Position numbers and translations under genes: made by a program. From positions 2,926-66,925 of the forward strand of contig WQWB01000002.1 in the NCBI GenBank assembly GCA_009785555.1: a stretch of 64,000 nucleotides of DNA, read 5' to 3'. This DNA comes from Defluviitaleaceae bacterium (GTDB taxonomy: Bacteria > Bacillota > Clostridia > Lachnospirales > WRAX01). Below, piece after piece: positions 48,037 to 57,078 of the stretch. Below the pieces are notes generated by a model that worked only from the letters and a program-made list of their open reading frames with translations, made no database searches and was not told where the DNA came from. Position 1 is the stretch's first letter. The number at the start of each line of letters is the position of its first letter.

Positions 48037-50010
48037 ATGCATTATGATATAATTGTAATAGGAGGCGGCCACGCTGGCTGCGAGGCAGCCTTGGCTGCGG
48101 CGCGGCTTGGTTTCGGCGAACATAGTTCGCTCCTACACACATTCGAACACAATTCGCCTCCGCACGCATTCAAACATGGTTCGACCATGTATACGTTGGG
48201 GTGTACTGTGCGCGTACTGATGCTTGCAATCAGCTTGGACAGCATCGCCCAAATGCCTTGCAACCCCTGTATCGGCGGCACGTCCAAAGGACACCTCGTA
48301 CGCGAGATCGACGCGCTCGGCGGCGCAATGGGCAAAGTTATCGACAAAACCTACATCCAATCTAAAATGCTTAACACGGCAAAGGGCCCAGCCGTACACT
48401 CCCTACGCGCACAGGCAGACAAGGCCAAGTACGCCGCGGAAATGCGCCGCTTACTTGCCGAGCAGCCCAACCTAACCATACGTCAAGGCGAAGTCGATGA
48501 AATTATCTTAGATAATAATGGCAATGTAAGCGGTGTAAAGATTACGACGGGTATTGTCTACAAATGCAACTCCGCCGTTATCGCCGCGGGTACATACCTT
48601 AACGCACGTTGCCTGATAGGTGAAACCGTTATAGAAACGGGTCCCGGAGGAATGAAACGAAGCGAAGCGTTAACCGGCTCACTTCAGAAATTAGGCTTAA
48701 AATTCATACGCCTCAAAACAGGCACACCGGCGCGCATACGCCGCAGCAGCATAGATTTTTCTAAACTAAATATTGAATATGGAGATGAACCCGTCATCCC
48801 CTTCTCTTTTTCTAGCACACCGGAAAGCATTGCCCGCTCACAGATACCGTGTTACAGCACATACACGACGCAGGCGACGCACGAGATCATCCGCGCCAAT
48901 ATCCACCGCTCACCCATGCACATCGGCCTGATGGAGGGCGCGCCCACACGTTATTGCCCGTCGATAGAGGATAAAGTCGTGCGCTTCGCGGATAAAGAGC
49001 GCCACCAGGTGTTTATCGAGCCCGAAGGCGAAAATACGGAAGAGATGTATATTCAAGGCATGAGCAGCTCCTTGCCGGAAGATGTACAGGAACATGTATA
49101 CCGCTCTATCCCAGGGCTTGAGGACTGCGAAATCATGCGCCCAGCATATGCGATCGAATATTCCGCGCTGGACGCGACCGCGTTAAAGCTATCTCTAGAA
49201 TTTAAGGATATACCCAACCTCTTCTCCGCCGGGCAAATAAACGGCAGCAGCGGTTATGAGGAGGCGGCGGCACAAGGCCTTATTGCAGGTATCAACGCCT
49301 ACCGCAAGCTAGCCGAGCTTGATCCTGTTATAATTAAACGTAACGAGGGGTACACCGGGGTACTGATAGACGATTTGGTTACGAAAGGCACGGAGGAACC
49401 GTACCGCATGATGACAAGCCGCGCCGAATACCGCCTACTCCTACGGCAGGACAACGCGGACATACGCCTTTTACCTTTAGCAAAAGAAATCGGCTTAGTT
49501 TCCGAAAAGCAGATAGCAACTATCAAAGATAAAATCACAGCAATCGAAGCGGAGATCAAACGTTTGGACACAACAATAATTCCGCCTGATTTGTTTAACC
49601 GTGAAATACACGAAACGCACAAAAGCTCGGCTATCCAAACGGGTATGCGGCTTAGCGAACTTATAAAAAGACCGGAACTTTCTTACAAAACCCTTTCCCC
49701 CATTGACTTATATAGGCCGGATTTACCTGCCGCTGTCTGCGAGCAGGTTGAGATATCTCTCAAATACGAAGGTTATATCAAACGGCAGGAACGGAATGCT
49801 GAGGCGTTTTTACGTAACGAGCAACTTGCCCTGCCCGGCGATGCGGACTATAAAAATATCCACGGCCTGCGGCTGGAGGCGCGGCAAAAGCTGGCTCAGC
49901 ACAGGCCCAGTAATTTAGGTAATGCGAGCCGAATAACGGGCGTGTCTCCGTCAGATATTGCAGTGCTGTTGGTTTGGTTGGAAAGCCGCCGCCGTACGCA
50001 TACAAAATAG
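48037..50010 (+). CDS. mnmG: tRNA uridine-5-carboxymethylaminomethyl modification enzyme MnmG (GidA), with an N-terminal in-frame insertion
   Basis: IVIGGGHAGCEAA, MPCNPCIGG, KGPAVHSLRAQAD, KTGTP, RYCPSIEDK, AGQINGSSGYEEAAAQG, EPYRMMTSRAEYRL. Confidence 0.97.
   Translation: MHYDIIVIGGGHAGCEAALAAARLGFGEHSSLLHTFEHNSPPHAFKHGSTMYTLGCTVRVLMLAISLDSIAQMPCNPCIGGTSKGHLVREIDALGGAMGKVIDKTYIQSKMLNTAKGPAVHSLRAQADKAKYAAEMRRLLAEQPNLTIRQGEVDEIILDNNGNVSGVKITTGIVYKCNSAVIAAGTYLNARCLIGETVIETGPGGMKRSEALTGSLQKLGLKFIRLKTGTPARIRRSSIDFSKLNIEYGDEPVIPFSFSSTPESIARSQIPCYSTYTTQATHEIIRANIHRSPMHIGLMEGAPTRYCPSIEDKVVRFADKERHQVFIEPEGENTEEMYIQGMSSSLPEDVQEHVYRSIPGLEDCEIMRPAYAIEYSALDATALKLSLEFKDIPNLFSAGQINGSSGYEEAAAQGLIAGINAYRKLAELDPVIIKRNEGYTGVLIDDLVTKGTEEPYRMMTSRAEYRLLLRQDNADIRLLPLAKEIGLVSEKQIATIKDKITAIEAEIKRLDTTIIPPDLFNREIHETHKSSAIQTGMRLSELIKRPELSYKTLSPIDLYRPDLPAAVCEQVEISLKYEGYIKRQERNAEAFLRNEQLALPGDADYKNIHGLRLEARQKLAQHRPSNLGNASRITGVSPSDIAVLLVWLESRRRTHTK
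48115..48198. repeat. REP-derived in-frame insertion in mnmG (three degenerate 27-bp units)
   Basis: ggcgaacatagttcgctcctac vs REP ggcgaactcagttcgcccctac; encodes EHSSLLHTF/EHNSPPHAF/KHGSTMYTL. Confidence 0.7.
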
Positions 50011-50028
50011 CGAGGTGCAAAAATAAGT

Positions 50029-50769
50029 ATGACAGAGTTTACAAAAAGACTGATGATAGGCGCAAAAGCCTTAAATTGCGAAATAAGCGAACAGGGCGCG
50101 CATAAACTCCATACCTTCATGCAGCTGGTTTTGGAACGCAACAAAGTAATGAACCTAACATCCGTGACGGATGAAGATGGGTTCCTCGCTAAACACTTCT
50201 TTGACAGCCTCGCCATAGCCAAATATGTTAAGAACGTTAGCACGTGCATTGACATCGGCACTGGAGCGGGCTTTCCTGGCATACCCCTCAGCATAGCCTT
50301 ACCCGGCACCGACTTCACCCTCCTTGATTCAACCAATAAAAAGCTGAAGTTCATCGACGAGGTATCCGCCAAGCTCAGCATTACGAATGCCAAAACACTA
50401 CACGAACGAGCCGAGGACGCAGGCCAATCCGACAGCCACCGAGATAGGTACAGCACCGCCGTCTCCCGCGCCGTCGCCGCATTGCCACTGCTTTGCGAGC
50501 TGTGCATCCCCCTTGTCGCCATAGACGGCGTATTTATTGCCATGAAGGGCCCGAACTTTATAAACACCGGCGAATATGCCGACGCGCAAAAAATAATCAA
50601 GGATTTAGGCGGGAGCATCGTATCAACTCACGAAACTGACTTACCACAGCTTGGAAGCGCGGAAAAAATATCACGCACGATCATAATCATAAAAAAAATT
50701 CGTGCCACTCCGCCAAAATATCCGAGAAATTCCAAGGATTTGGCAAAAATTTATAAAAAAACAGTATAA
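50029..50769 (+). CDS. rsmG: 16S rRNA m7G527 methyltransferase RsmG (GidB)
   Basis: NKVMNLT, KHFFDSL, DIGTGAGFPGIPL, RAED, SRAVA, TPPKYPR; follows mnmG. Confidence 0.95.
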   Translation: MTEFTKRLMIGAKALNCEISEQGAHKLHTFMQLVLERNKVMNLTSVTDEDGFLAKHFFDSLAIAKYVKNVSTCIDIGTGAGFPGIPLSIALPGTDFTLLDSTNKKLKFIDEVSAKLSITNAKTLHERAEDAGQSDSHRDRYSTAVSRAVAALPLLCELCIPLVAIDGVFIAMKGPNFINTGEYADAQKIIKDLGGSIVSTHETDLPQLGSAEKISRTIIIIKKIRATPPKYPRNSKDLAKIYKKTV

Positions 50770-50867
50770 AATTGGCGAAAAATACGATATACTGCGAACG
50801 AATTATTTCCCGGGCTATGGTAAAATATGGTACAATACTCCTACTACATAAGAGGAGGTAATAAAAT

Positions 50868-51692
50868 ATGTTTCAGCCAATTAACGAAGCCAGTGAAATA
50901 ATTTATTTAAATGTTGAGCATGTTTCACCAAGCCCATACCAGCCCCGCACGGTATTTGAACGGCAGTCTTTGGAGGAGCTGGCGGACAGCATCCGCGTAT
51001 ACGGCGTTATGCAGCCTATCACGGTACGCCACATCAACAACTCCGTATACGAGCTCGTGGCCGGTGAGCGTAGGTTGCGCGCCTCCGTATTGGCCGGGTT
51101 AAACTCCATCCCCGCAATCGTCGTGCATATAAGCGATAGGGACAGTGCGCTTCTTGCCCTAATCGAAAATATCCAGCGCGAAAACCTGAACTTCTTCGAC
51201 GAGGCTGAAGGCCTAAAAAGCCTTGGTGATGTCTACGGCTTCACGCAGGAGGAGATCGCCCGCAAAATCGGCAAAAACCAAAGCACCGTAGCCAATAAGC
51301 TACGCATCCTCCGCCTGCCGCGGGAAGTACGCCGCATCATCCTAGACAACGACCTCACCGAACGCCACGCTCGCGCCCTGTTAAAATTGCCGGCGCACGA
51401 CGGAGACATAATGCACCGTGTTCTAACGAAAATTGTTATGGATAATTTGAATGTAAAGGATACGGAAAGGTTGATAGAGCGCGCCATAGAGACGACAAGA
51501 ATGGACAATGCGAAGGACTTAACCGCCTCCGAAAACAGACAAAGGGTTAAAGCGTATTTTAAGGATTTAAGGATGTTTAAGAACACGATAGAGCAGGCCG
51601 TCGGCTTCATGCAGAACGTCGGGCTTTCCACGGAGTATGATATAGATGAACGAGAAGACGGCTGCTTTATCAGCATAACCGTAAGTTATTGA
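50868..51692 (+). CDS. noc: Nucleoid occlusion protein Noc (ParB family)
   Basis: PYQPR, AGERRLRA, ENIQRENL, QSTVANKLR, LTERHARALL, KDLRMFKNTI; position directly after rsmG. Confidence 0.8.
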   Translation: MFQPINEASEIIYLNVEHVSPSPYQPRTVFERQSLEELADSIRVYGVMQPITVRHINNSVYELVAGERRLRASVLAGLNSIPAIVVHISDRDSALLALIENIQRENLNFFDEAEGLKSLGDVYGFTQEEIARKIGKNQSTVANKLRILRLPREVRRIILDNDLTERHARALLKLPAHDGDIMHRVLTKIVMDNLNVKDTERLIERAIETTRMDNAKDLTASENRQRVKAYFKDLRMFKNTIEQAVGFMQNVGLSTEYDIDEREDGCFISITVSY

Positions 51693-51735
51693 TACATATT
51701 TGCAAACTAGTGAATGGAATGAGTGATGTAACAAA

Positions 51736-52143
51736 ATGATTACCGCAAAATGGGTTACTTTAAACGAACTAAAGAATATTGCAAAAGAATCAAAAATAGG
51801 CGCTGGTTTTTTCGAAACAAGCACGGATACCGCCACCCAGTACATAGCCGCATATGCGGACGGTGAGTTTGCCGGTATGGGCTACCTGTTGCCCGGTGGC
51901 AAAAGTGAGCGTGTTAAAAAATACGCCGCCGTACACGACAACTACAGGCGTAGCGGCATTGGCAACCTGATCTTCCGTATGCTTATCCGCCGCGCGTACA
52001 ATGCGGGCTATAAAAGCTCCGTCGTCTTCACCCCGCCTGAGGCAGTAGCATTCTTTATTAAACTTGGCTACGTAACTTTCGGTTCACACGGCGGCCTTGT
52101 CGAAATGCGCCGCGATGGGGATGTTTTTGGGGTGTGTTCTTAA
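51736..52143 (+). CDS. GNAT family protein
   Basis: AVHDNYRRSGIGNLI, AVAFFIKLGY. Confidence 0.75.
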   Translation: MITAKWVTLNELKNIAKESKIGAGFFETSTDTATQYIAAYADGEFAGMGYLLPGGKSERVKKYAAVHDNYRRSGIGNLIFRMLIRRAYNAGYKSSVVFTPPEAVAFFIKLGYVTFGSHGGLVEMRRDGDVFGVCS

Positions 52144-52173
52144 TATACTGGTCATTTCACAGTTTTTTTAACG

Positions 52174-52464
52174 TTATCTATTGACTACAGTAACATGAAT
52201 AACATCCCCAACTTGCTTACCAATCCTCGCACGGATAGACTTGAGAACACCTATAACATAGCTAACAGACCCATCCGCGTTCCTCAACCCCATATTCACT
52301 ATGCTGCCTTCATACACTTCGCCGTCAAAAGTAGCGCGCACCTTCACGCGGCCTTTGCCAAACTCCTCACGTATATCGTACGGAAACACCACGTACGCAC
52401 CTCCCTTTCCGCATTCGGACGAGCAGATCACCGCATCATATTCGTAGATTTTCTTTGTCGTCAT
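52174..52464 (-). CDS. DUF1905 family protein
   Basis: GGAYVVFPYDIREEFGKGRVKVRATFDG..Y.GS..MG..IGK..GD. Confidence 0.85.
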   Translation of the reverse strand: MTTKKIYEYDAVICSSECGKGGAYVVFPYDIREEFGKGRVKVRATFDGEVYEGSIVNMGLRNADGSVSYVIGVLKSIRARIGKQVGDVIHVTVVNR

Positions 52465-53099
52465 TTTATTATAAGCACAGCCTCCGTCGCCGTCTGCACT
52501 TCCTCGGCGGTGTAGCCGTTGCGCAGCTCCGCCAGCACAAGGCCGTCTACCGTAACCTCAATTACGGCCATCTCCGTAATTATCATATCCACGACACCCG
52601 CCGCGGACAACGGCAGCGTACATTCTCTAAGTATCTTCGCGGCACCTTTAGCCGTATGCTCCATCGCGACGATAACTTTTTTCGCGCCGACGAGAAGATC
52701 CATCGCGCCGCCCATGCCAGGTACGAGTTTTCCTGGTATCATATAGTTGGCTATATTACCCGCCTCATCCACCTGCAGCGCGCCAAGCACCGTAATGTCC
52801 AGATGCCCGCCGCGTACGATGCCAAACGACACGGCCGAATCGAAGTACGCGCCTCCCGGCAAGATCGTAACGACATCGCCGCCCGCGTTTACAATAAGAG
52901 AGTCGGCCTCGTCTGCCGCCGGCACGGGTCCAAGGCCGGTAAACCCATTTTCGGAATGAAATACGACATTAACCCCTTCAGGCAAAAAATCCGCAACCTT
53001 TGTTGGTAAGCCAATACCCAAGTTGACGTACTGCCCATCCCTAAGCTCCATCGCCACGCGGGCGGCTATATCGTTTTGTATTTGCTGTTTTTCCATCAT
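52461..53099 (-). CDS. 3-oxoacid/acetate CoA-transferase subunit B
   Basis: VNLGIGLPT, HSENG (catalytic Glu), RGGHLD, GMGGAMDL. Confidence 0.93.
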   Translation of the reverse strand: MMEKQQIQNDIAARVAMELRDGQYVNLGIGLPTKVADFLPEGVNVVFHSENGFTGLGPVPAADEADSLIVNAGGDVVTILPGGAYFDSAVSFGIVRGGHLDITVLGALQVDEAGNIANYMIPGKLVPGMGGAMDLLVGAKKVIVAMEHTAKGAAKILRECTLPLSAAGVVDMIITEMAVIEVTVDGLVLAELRNGYTAEEVQTATEAVLIIK

Positions 53100-53271
53100 T
53101 CTAATCCTCTCTTCGCGCCGATCTCCCGATCTATCAAAGTTTCAATATAAGTTGCCTGCAGCCATACCCACATCATCTAACGACCGTAATTGAGCAAAAT
53201 AACCAAATTAAAAGCAGATCAGCCAATTCCGCTCCTATCGTCATTTTTCTCGAACTTGCGAAACCGTTTAT

Positions 53272-53420
53272 TATATGAAGAATGTTCGTAGAATAACTAC
53301 ATGCGCAGTTATTCTACGAACAGGCTAGGACGCTTACGCGTTGCTCAGCCCTACTTTGAAATAGCAAAAAATTTTTCCAAGCTAAAATTTTTTTTGCTAT
53401 TTCAAAGTAATTCCTCTATA
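53272..53420. mobile_element. MITE-like element, near-complete copy in reverse orientation
   Basis: Same three hairpins in reverse order; ends (tatat)gaagaatgttcg and aattcctctata. Confidence 0.75.
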
Positions 53421-53435
53421 AAATTCACCGCGCTA

Positions 53436-54083
53436 TTACGCCTTCACCACATAATCCACAAAGATACCTGGCGTGATAACGCTGTTCGGCTCAATTCCGC
53501 CAATTTTTATAAGTTCACCGGCCTCGCAGATCGTGAGACGAGCCGCGCCGGCCATCACGTTGTTCATGTTCACCGCCGCGCCTTTATACGTCATGTTGCC
53601 GCTTTCGTCCACACGCGCGCCGTAGATCAGGCCCACATCAGCGGTAAGGGGTAGCTCCAGCAAGTATGCATTGTCGTTTACCATGATCTTCTCTTTGCCC
53701 TCTTCCACCGCCGTGCCGATGCCCGTCGCTGTTAAAAAGCCTCCCAAGCCGTACGCCGCGGCGCGTATACGTTCCGCTAATGTTCCTTGCGGTATTAGTT
53801 CAACTTCCATCTCACCAGCATTCATCAAAACGCCGCTTTTCTTATTTGTGCCTATATGCGATGAAATAAGACGTTTAACGCGCCGCTCGGCTACCAAACG
53901 TCCGACGCTCGCGTCTTCCCAGCCACTGTCCACGGTAATAAGCGTTAAATCGCGTATATCGGCTTCCAGGATTGCGTTTATGAGCATATCCGGCCGCCCA
54001 ACGCGCCCAAAACCACCAATCATCACGGACATCCCGCTTTTTATGAAACCCATAACCCTATCGACTGTTATAACCTTATTCAT
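53436..54083 (-). CDS. 3-oxoacid/acetate CoA-transferase subunit A
   Basis: MIGGF, SHIGTN, PQGTLAERIRA, TGIGT.VEEGK, TPGIFVD. Confidence 0.93.
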   Translation of the reverse strand: MNKVITVDRVMGFIKSGMSVMIGGFGRVGRPDMLINAILEADIRDLTLITVDSGWEDASVGRLVAERRVKRLISSHIGTNKKSGVLMNAGEMEVELIPQGTLAERIRAAAYGLGGFLTATGIGTAVEEGKEKIMVNDNAYLLELPLTADVGLIYGARVDESGNMTYKGAAVNMNNVMAGAARLTICEAGELIKIGGIEPNSVITPGIFVDYVVKA

Positions 54084-54840
54084 TATCCATATACCTCCAT
54101 TCATACGCCTGCCTTACTTTACCATGCCACACTATAGTTATCGCACCATACGGGCATTTGTTTACGCAACGGTAGCACATCGTGCAGTTTTGTTTATGCG
54201 TAACCATGTTTCCGCTCACCGCCAAATTACCCATAGGGCAGGCCGCCTCACACACACCGCACAGTGTGCATTTGTCCGATATCCTAACCGACTTATTCGC
54301 CGCTTGTTCCACTTTGTTTAATAAAACACCCTGAAATAAACCCAAAAAACGCGAAAACGGGTTAAACCCACGCTTCCTTACTTTCCCAAGCACTATGTTA
54401 TCACAGGCCTTTTTCATCTTCTTCTGCGCTCGCTTGGCGCACCTCTGTATCGCACCCTCACCCGCCGTCGGCAGTATCGCCACATTGGTGACGTTGTTCG
54501 GCATGAAAAAATGCTCGGCGTATATAACCCGCACATACCCCTTAGGGATAAGCTGCATAAATGCCCTCGCCCCGTCGCCTGAAAGGATTAACTGAGTACA
54601 GAAAATGATTACCCGCTTCCCCCTCAATGCGTTCACATACCGTGTTACAAACTCCCTCAAAATGCGGGGTACCCTAGACATGTACACGGGATAACAAAAA
54701 GCTATCGTATCGCTTTTACCGATATGGCGCTCAAAATCAACGTCTTCCTCAATGGAAAAGCATTTCGCACCCATATTCCGGCTAAACAGCTCAGCAATGT
54801 ACTTAGAGTTACCCGTGCCTGAAAAATAGAGCATAAGCAT
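54076..54840 (-). CDS. EFR1-family flavodoxin-ferredoxin fusion protein
   Basis: YFSGTGNSKYIA, MPNN, CTLCGVCEAACP and CTMCYRCVNKCP; start moved to ATG 54840. Confidence 0.85.
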   Translation of the reverse strand: MLMLYFSGTGNSKYIAELFSRNMGAKCFSIEEDVDFERHIGKSDTIAFCYPVYMSRVPRILREFVTRYVNALRGKRVIIFCTQLILSGDGARAFMQLIPKGYVRVIYAEHFFMPNNVTNVAILPTAGEGAIQRCAKRAQKKMKKACDNIVLGKVRKRGFNPFSRFLGLFQGVLLNKVEQAANKSVRISDKCTLCGVCEAACPMGNLAVSGNMVTHKQNCTMCYRCVNKCPYGAITIVWHGKVRQAYEWRYMDNE

Positions 54841-54913
54841 AACAAAGCACCCCCTATTTTTTAGTATACACTGTTTTACCCATATTTTCAACTTAAATAT
54901 GTTTAGATTCAAC

Positions 54914-54942
54914 TTGACAGCCCCCTTTCGAAATGCTAAAAT
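54914..54942 (+). promoter_or_regulatory. Sigma-A promoter of the signal peptidase gene
   Basis: TTGACA-17 nt-TAAAAT. Confidence 0.7.
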
Positions 54943-54979
54943 GATGTTGGATATAAATAATACGAAAACTAGGTAAATT

Positions 54980-55696
54980 ATGAGCAACAGCAGAGGTTCG
55001 CAGGGGCGCGCCGCACCAACGCGCGGCTCACAGGCGAAGGCGGCTCCGCAAAACCGCGGAAGCAGTAAAGCTAACGTAAAAACTGCCGCCAACCGCCAAC
55101 CGGCAGCAAAGCCCCAGCGAGGTAAACCCGGAACAAAAAAAACGCCTGCAAAAAACTACCAAAAAGCGAAACTAACCGACGCGCAAATCAAACGCCACAA
55201 ACGATTGAGCGATTGGGCGGGTGCGGTTTTTGCTGCTTCCGTTTTTGTGCTTATCCTATACATAACATTTTGGCCTGTACAGTACCAAGGCTCGGCGATG
55301 GAGCCCGCCCTCCGGAGTGGCGACAGGCTATTTATTTCCCGCGCAGCCGCTATGTTTAACAACCTAAACCACGGCGACATCGTCGTATACCGGCACGTCT
55401 ACACAGATACCTTCGGAAACGAGCATACCATCAGCGCGGTTGCGCGCATCGTCGGCATGCCCGGCGACAGGGTAAGCATACAAAACGGCGCAGTTTTTAT
55501 AGATGGCCTCCCCCTTCATGAACCATATATCATGCCGCATATCTCCACGCACCCTGAAATGCCGCCGCGCACACTAAGCCGCACCGAATTTTTCCTACTC
55601 GTAGACGACCGCTTTTCCGGCGGCGACAGCCGTGAGTTTGGCGTGGTACAACGTGGCGATATTACGGCCCGGGTACTGTTTATGCAGGTTAGGTAA
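54980..55696 (+). CDS. Signal peptidase I family (S26) protein with divergent catalytic motifs
   Basis: TM helix, GSAMEPAL..GD, HGDIVV, ARIVGMPGDRV, FLLVDDR..GDSREFG. Confidence 0.75.
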   Translation: MSNSRGSQGRAAPTRGSQAKAAPQNRGSSKANVKTAANRQPAAKPQRGKPGTKKTPAKNYQKAKLTDAQIKRHKRLSDWAGAVFAASVFVLILYITFWPVQYQGSAMEPALRSGDRLFISRAAAMFNNLNHGDIVVYRHVYTDTFGNEHTISAVARIVGMPGDRVSIQNGAVFIDGLPLHEPYIMPHISTHPEMPPRTLSRTEFFLLVDDRFSGGDSREFGVVQRGDITARVLFMQVR

Positions 55697-55882
55697 GTTG
55701 TATGCCAAACTAAGGAGTTATACTATTTATGTGTATTTCCGGCGGAAAACTCTGCCTAAATATAAATGTTCTTGTCGCAGACACGTTAAACTTTTGTTAA
55801 CACCGGATATGATCCAAAAAACAAATGTACGATCAATGGCAGGTTATACAAACATCGGACGAAGACAACAACTATATAAAAT

Positions 55883-55925
55883 GGATTAACTGGGATTAAA
55901 TCAATCGGTTACCCCAGCGATGACG
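55883..55925. repeat. Degenerate CGTC-type repeat
   Basis: Minus strand cgtcatcgc...tcccagttaatcc resembles the 59715 copy. Confidence 0.4.
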
Positions 55926-55991
55926 ACGGCAAAAATATAATAACCTGTACTTTTGAAATTATCTAAGTAATACTAAAAAGGGTAAATTATA

Positions 55992-56993
55992 ATGACAACA
56001 GTATACTTCATCCGCCATGCCGAGCCGGATATTAACGTACATGACGACCAAACCCGCCCTCTTACGCCAAAAGGTGAGGTAGATACCGAACTTGTTACGG
56101 AATATCTTAAAGACAAAGGGATAACCGCTGTATTGTCCAGCCCGTTCAAACGGTCATACGACACGGTTCACCCATTTGCCCAACACACCGGCTTACCCAT
56201 AAATACGGTGGACGGCCTACGCGAGCGCAAAGTCTCGGATGAATGGATCCCCTCATTCGGCGAATTTACGCAAAAGCAGTGGGCTGATTTTGACTATAAA
56301 CTCCCAACGGGTGAATCCCTCCGCGAGGCGCAAGCGCGCACCATATCCGCGCTAACCCAAATACTTGATAAATATAACGGCCAAAACATCGCCGTCGGCA
56401 CGCACGGCACAGCGCTTTCCACAATCATAAATTTCTACGATGGCACTTTTGGGTATAACGGTTTCAGCAAGTACGGCCGCGTCTTCCCATGGATAGTTAA
56501 GATGCTGTTTGTGGGCAGGGAGTGCATAGGTTACGAACTTATCGACCCGTTTAACCACATTGAGCCGGATTTTAACACAAGCGTCAATACCTTTTATCTG
56601 TACCCGACGCACGAGTATTGCAGAATCGTCGTAATCTTCGCTAGATACCAGAACAAATGGCTTTATTGCCGCGCGCGGGAGAGGGACTGTTACGAAACCC
56701 CCGGCGGCCGCGCCGAACGTGGCGAGACACCGATGGCCGCCGCCAAGCGCGAGCTATATGAGGAGACCGGCGCAACCGACTTTACCTTAACACCGGCGTA
56801 CGACTATACTCTCCATTATTCCAACACCTTCGTCAAGGGGCGCGTTTTTCTGGCTGAGATAGAGGAGCTTTCTGACATGCCCAGCTATGAAATGGCCGAG
56901 GTTAAGTTATTTGACACGATACCCAACAAAATGCGGTTTCCGACGATTTTACCGGAATTGTTTAAGAGGTTAAAATCGGAGTGCTTTATATAG
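55992..56993 (+). CDS. Histidine phosphatase-NUDIX hydrolase fusion
   Basis: FIRHAEP, SSPFKRSYDT, GTHG; C-terminal PGGRAERGETPMAAAKRELYEETGA. Confidence 0.85.
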   Translation: MTTVYFIRHAEPDINVHDDQTRPLTPKGEVDTELVTEYLKDKGITAVLSSPFKRSYDTVHPFAQHTGLPINTVDGLRERKVSDEWIPSFGEFTQKQWADFDYKLPTGESLREAQARTISALTQILDKYNGQNIAVGTHGTALSTIINFYDGTFGYNGFSKYGRVFPWIVKMLFVGRECIGYELIDPFNHIEPDFNTSVNTFYLYPTHEYCRIVVIFARYQNKWLYCRARERDCYETPGGRAERGETPMAAAKRELYEETGATDFTLTPAYDYTLHYSNTFVKGRVFLAEIEELSDMPSYEMAEVKLFDTIPNKMRFPTILPELFKRLKSECFI

Positions 56994-57078
56994 TATTCCC
57001 AAGTTTATGGCATGCCTGTATTCCTTTATCGTTCTCATAGCGTTATAACAAAAACACCAATAAATCATAAACCAAACT

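Noticed and set aside
54841-55092. N-terminal extension of the EFR1 ORF in the ORF track
   Set aside because: It overlaps the divergent gene and its promoter; family similarity begins at ATG 54840.
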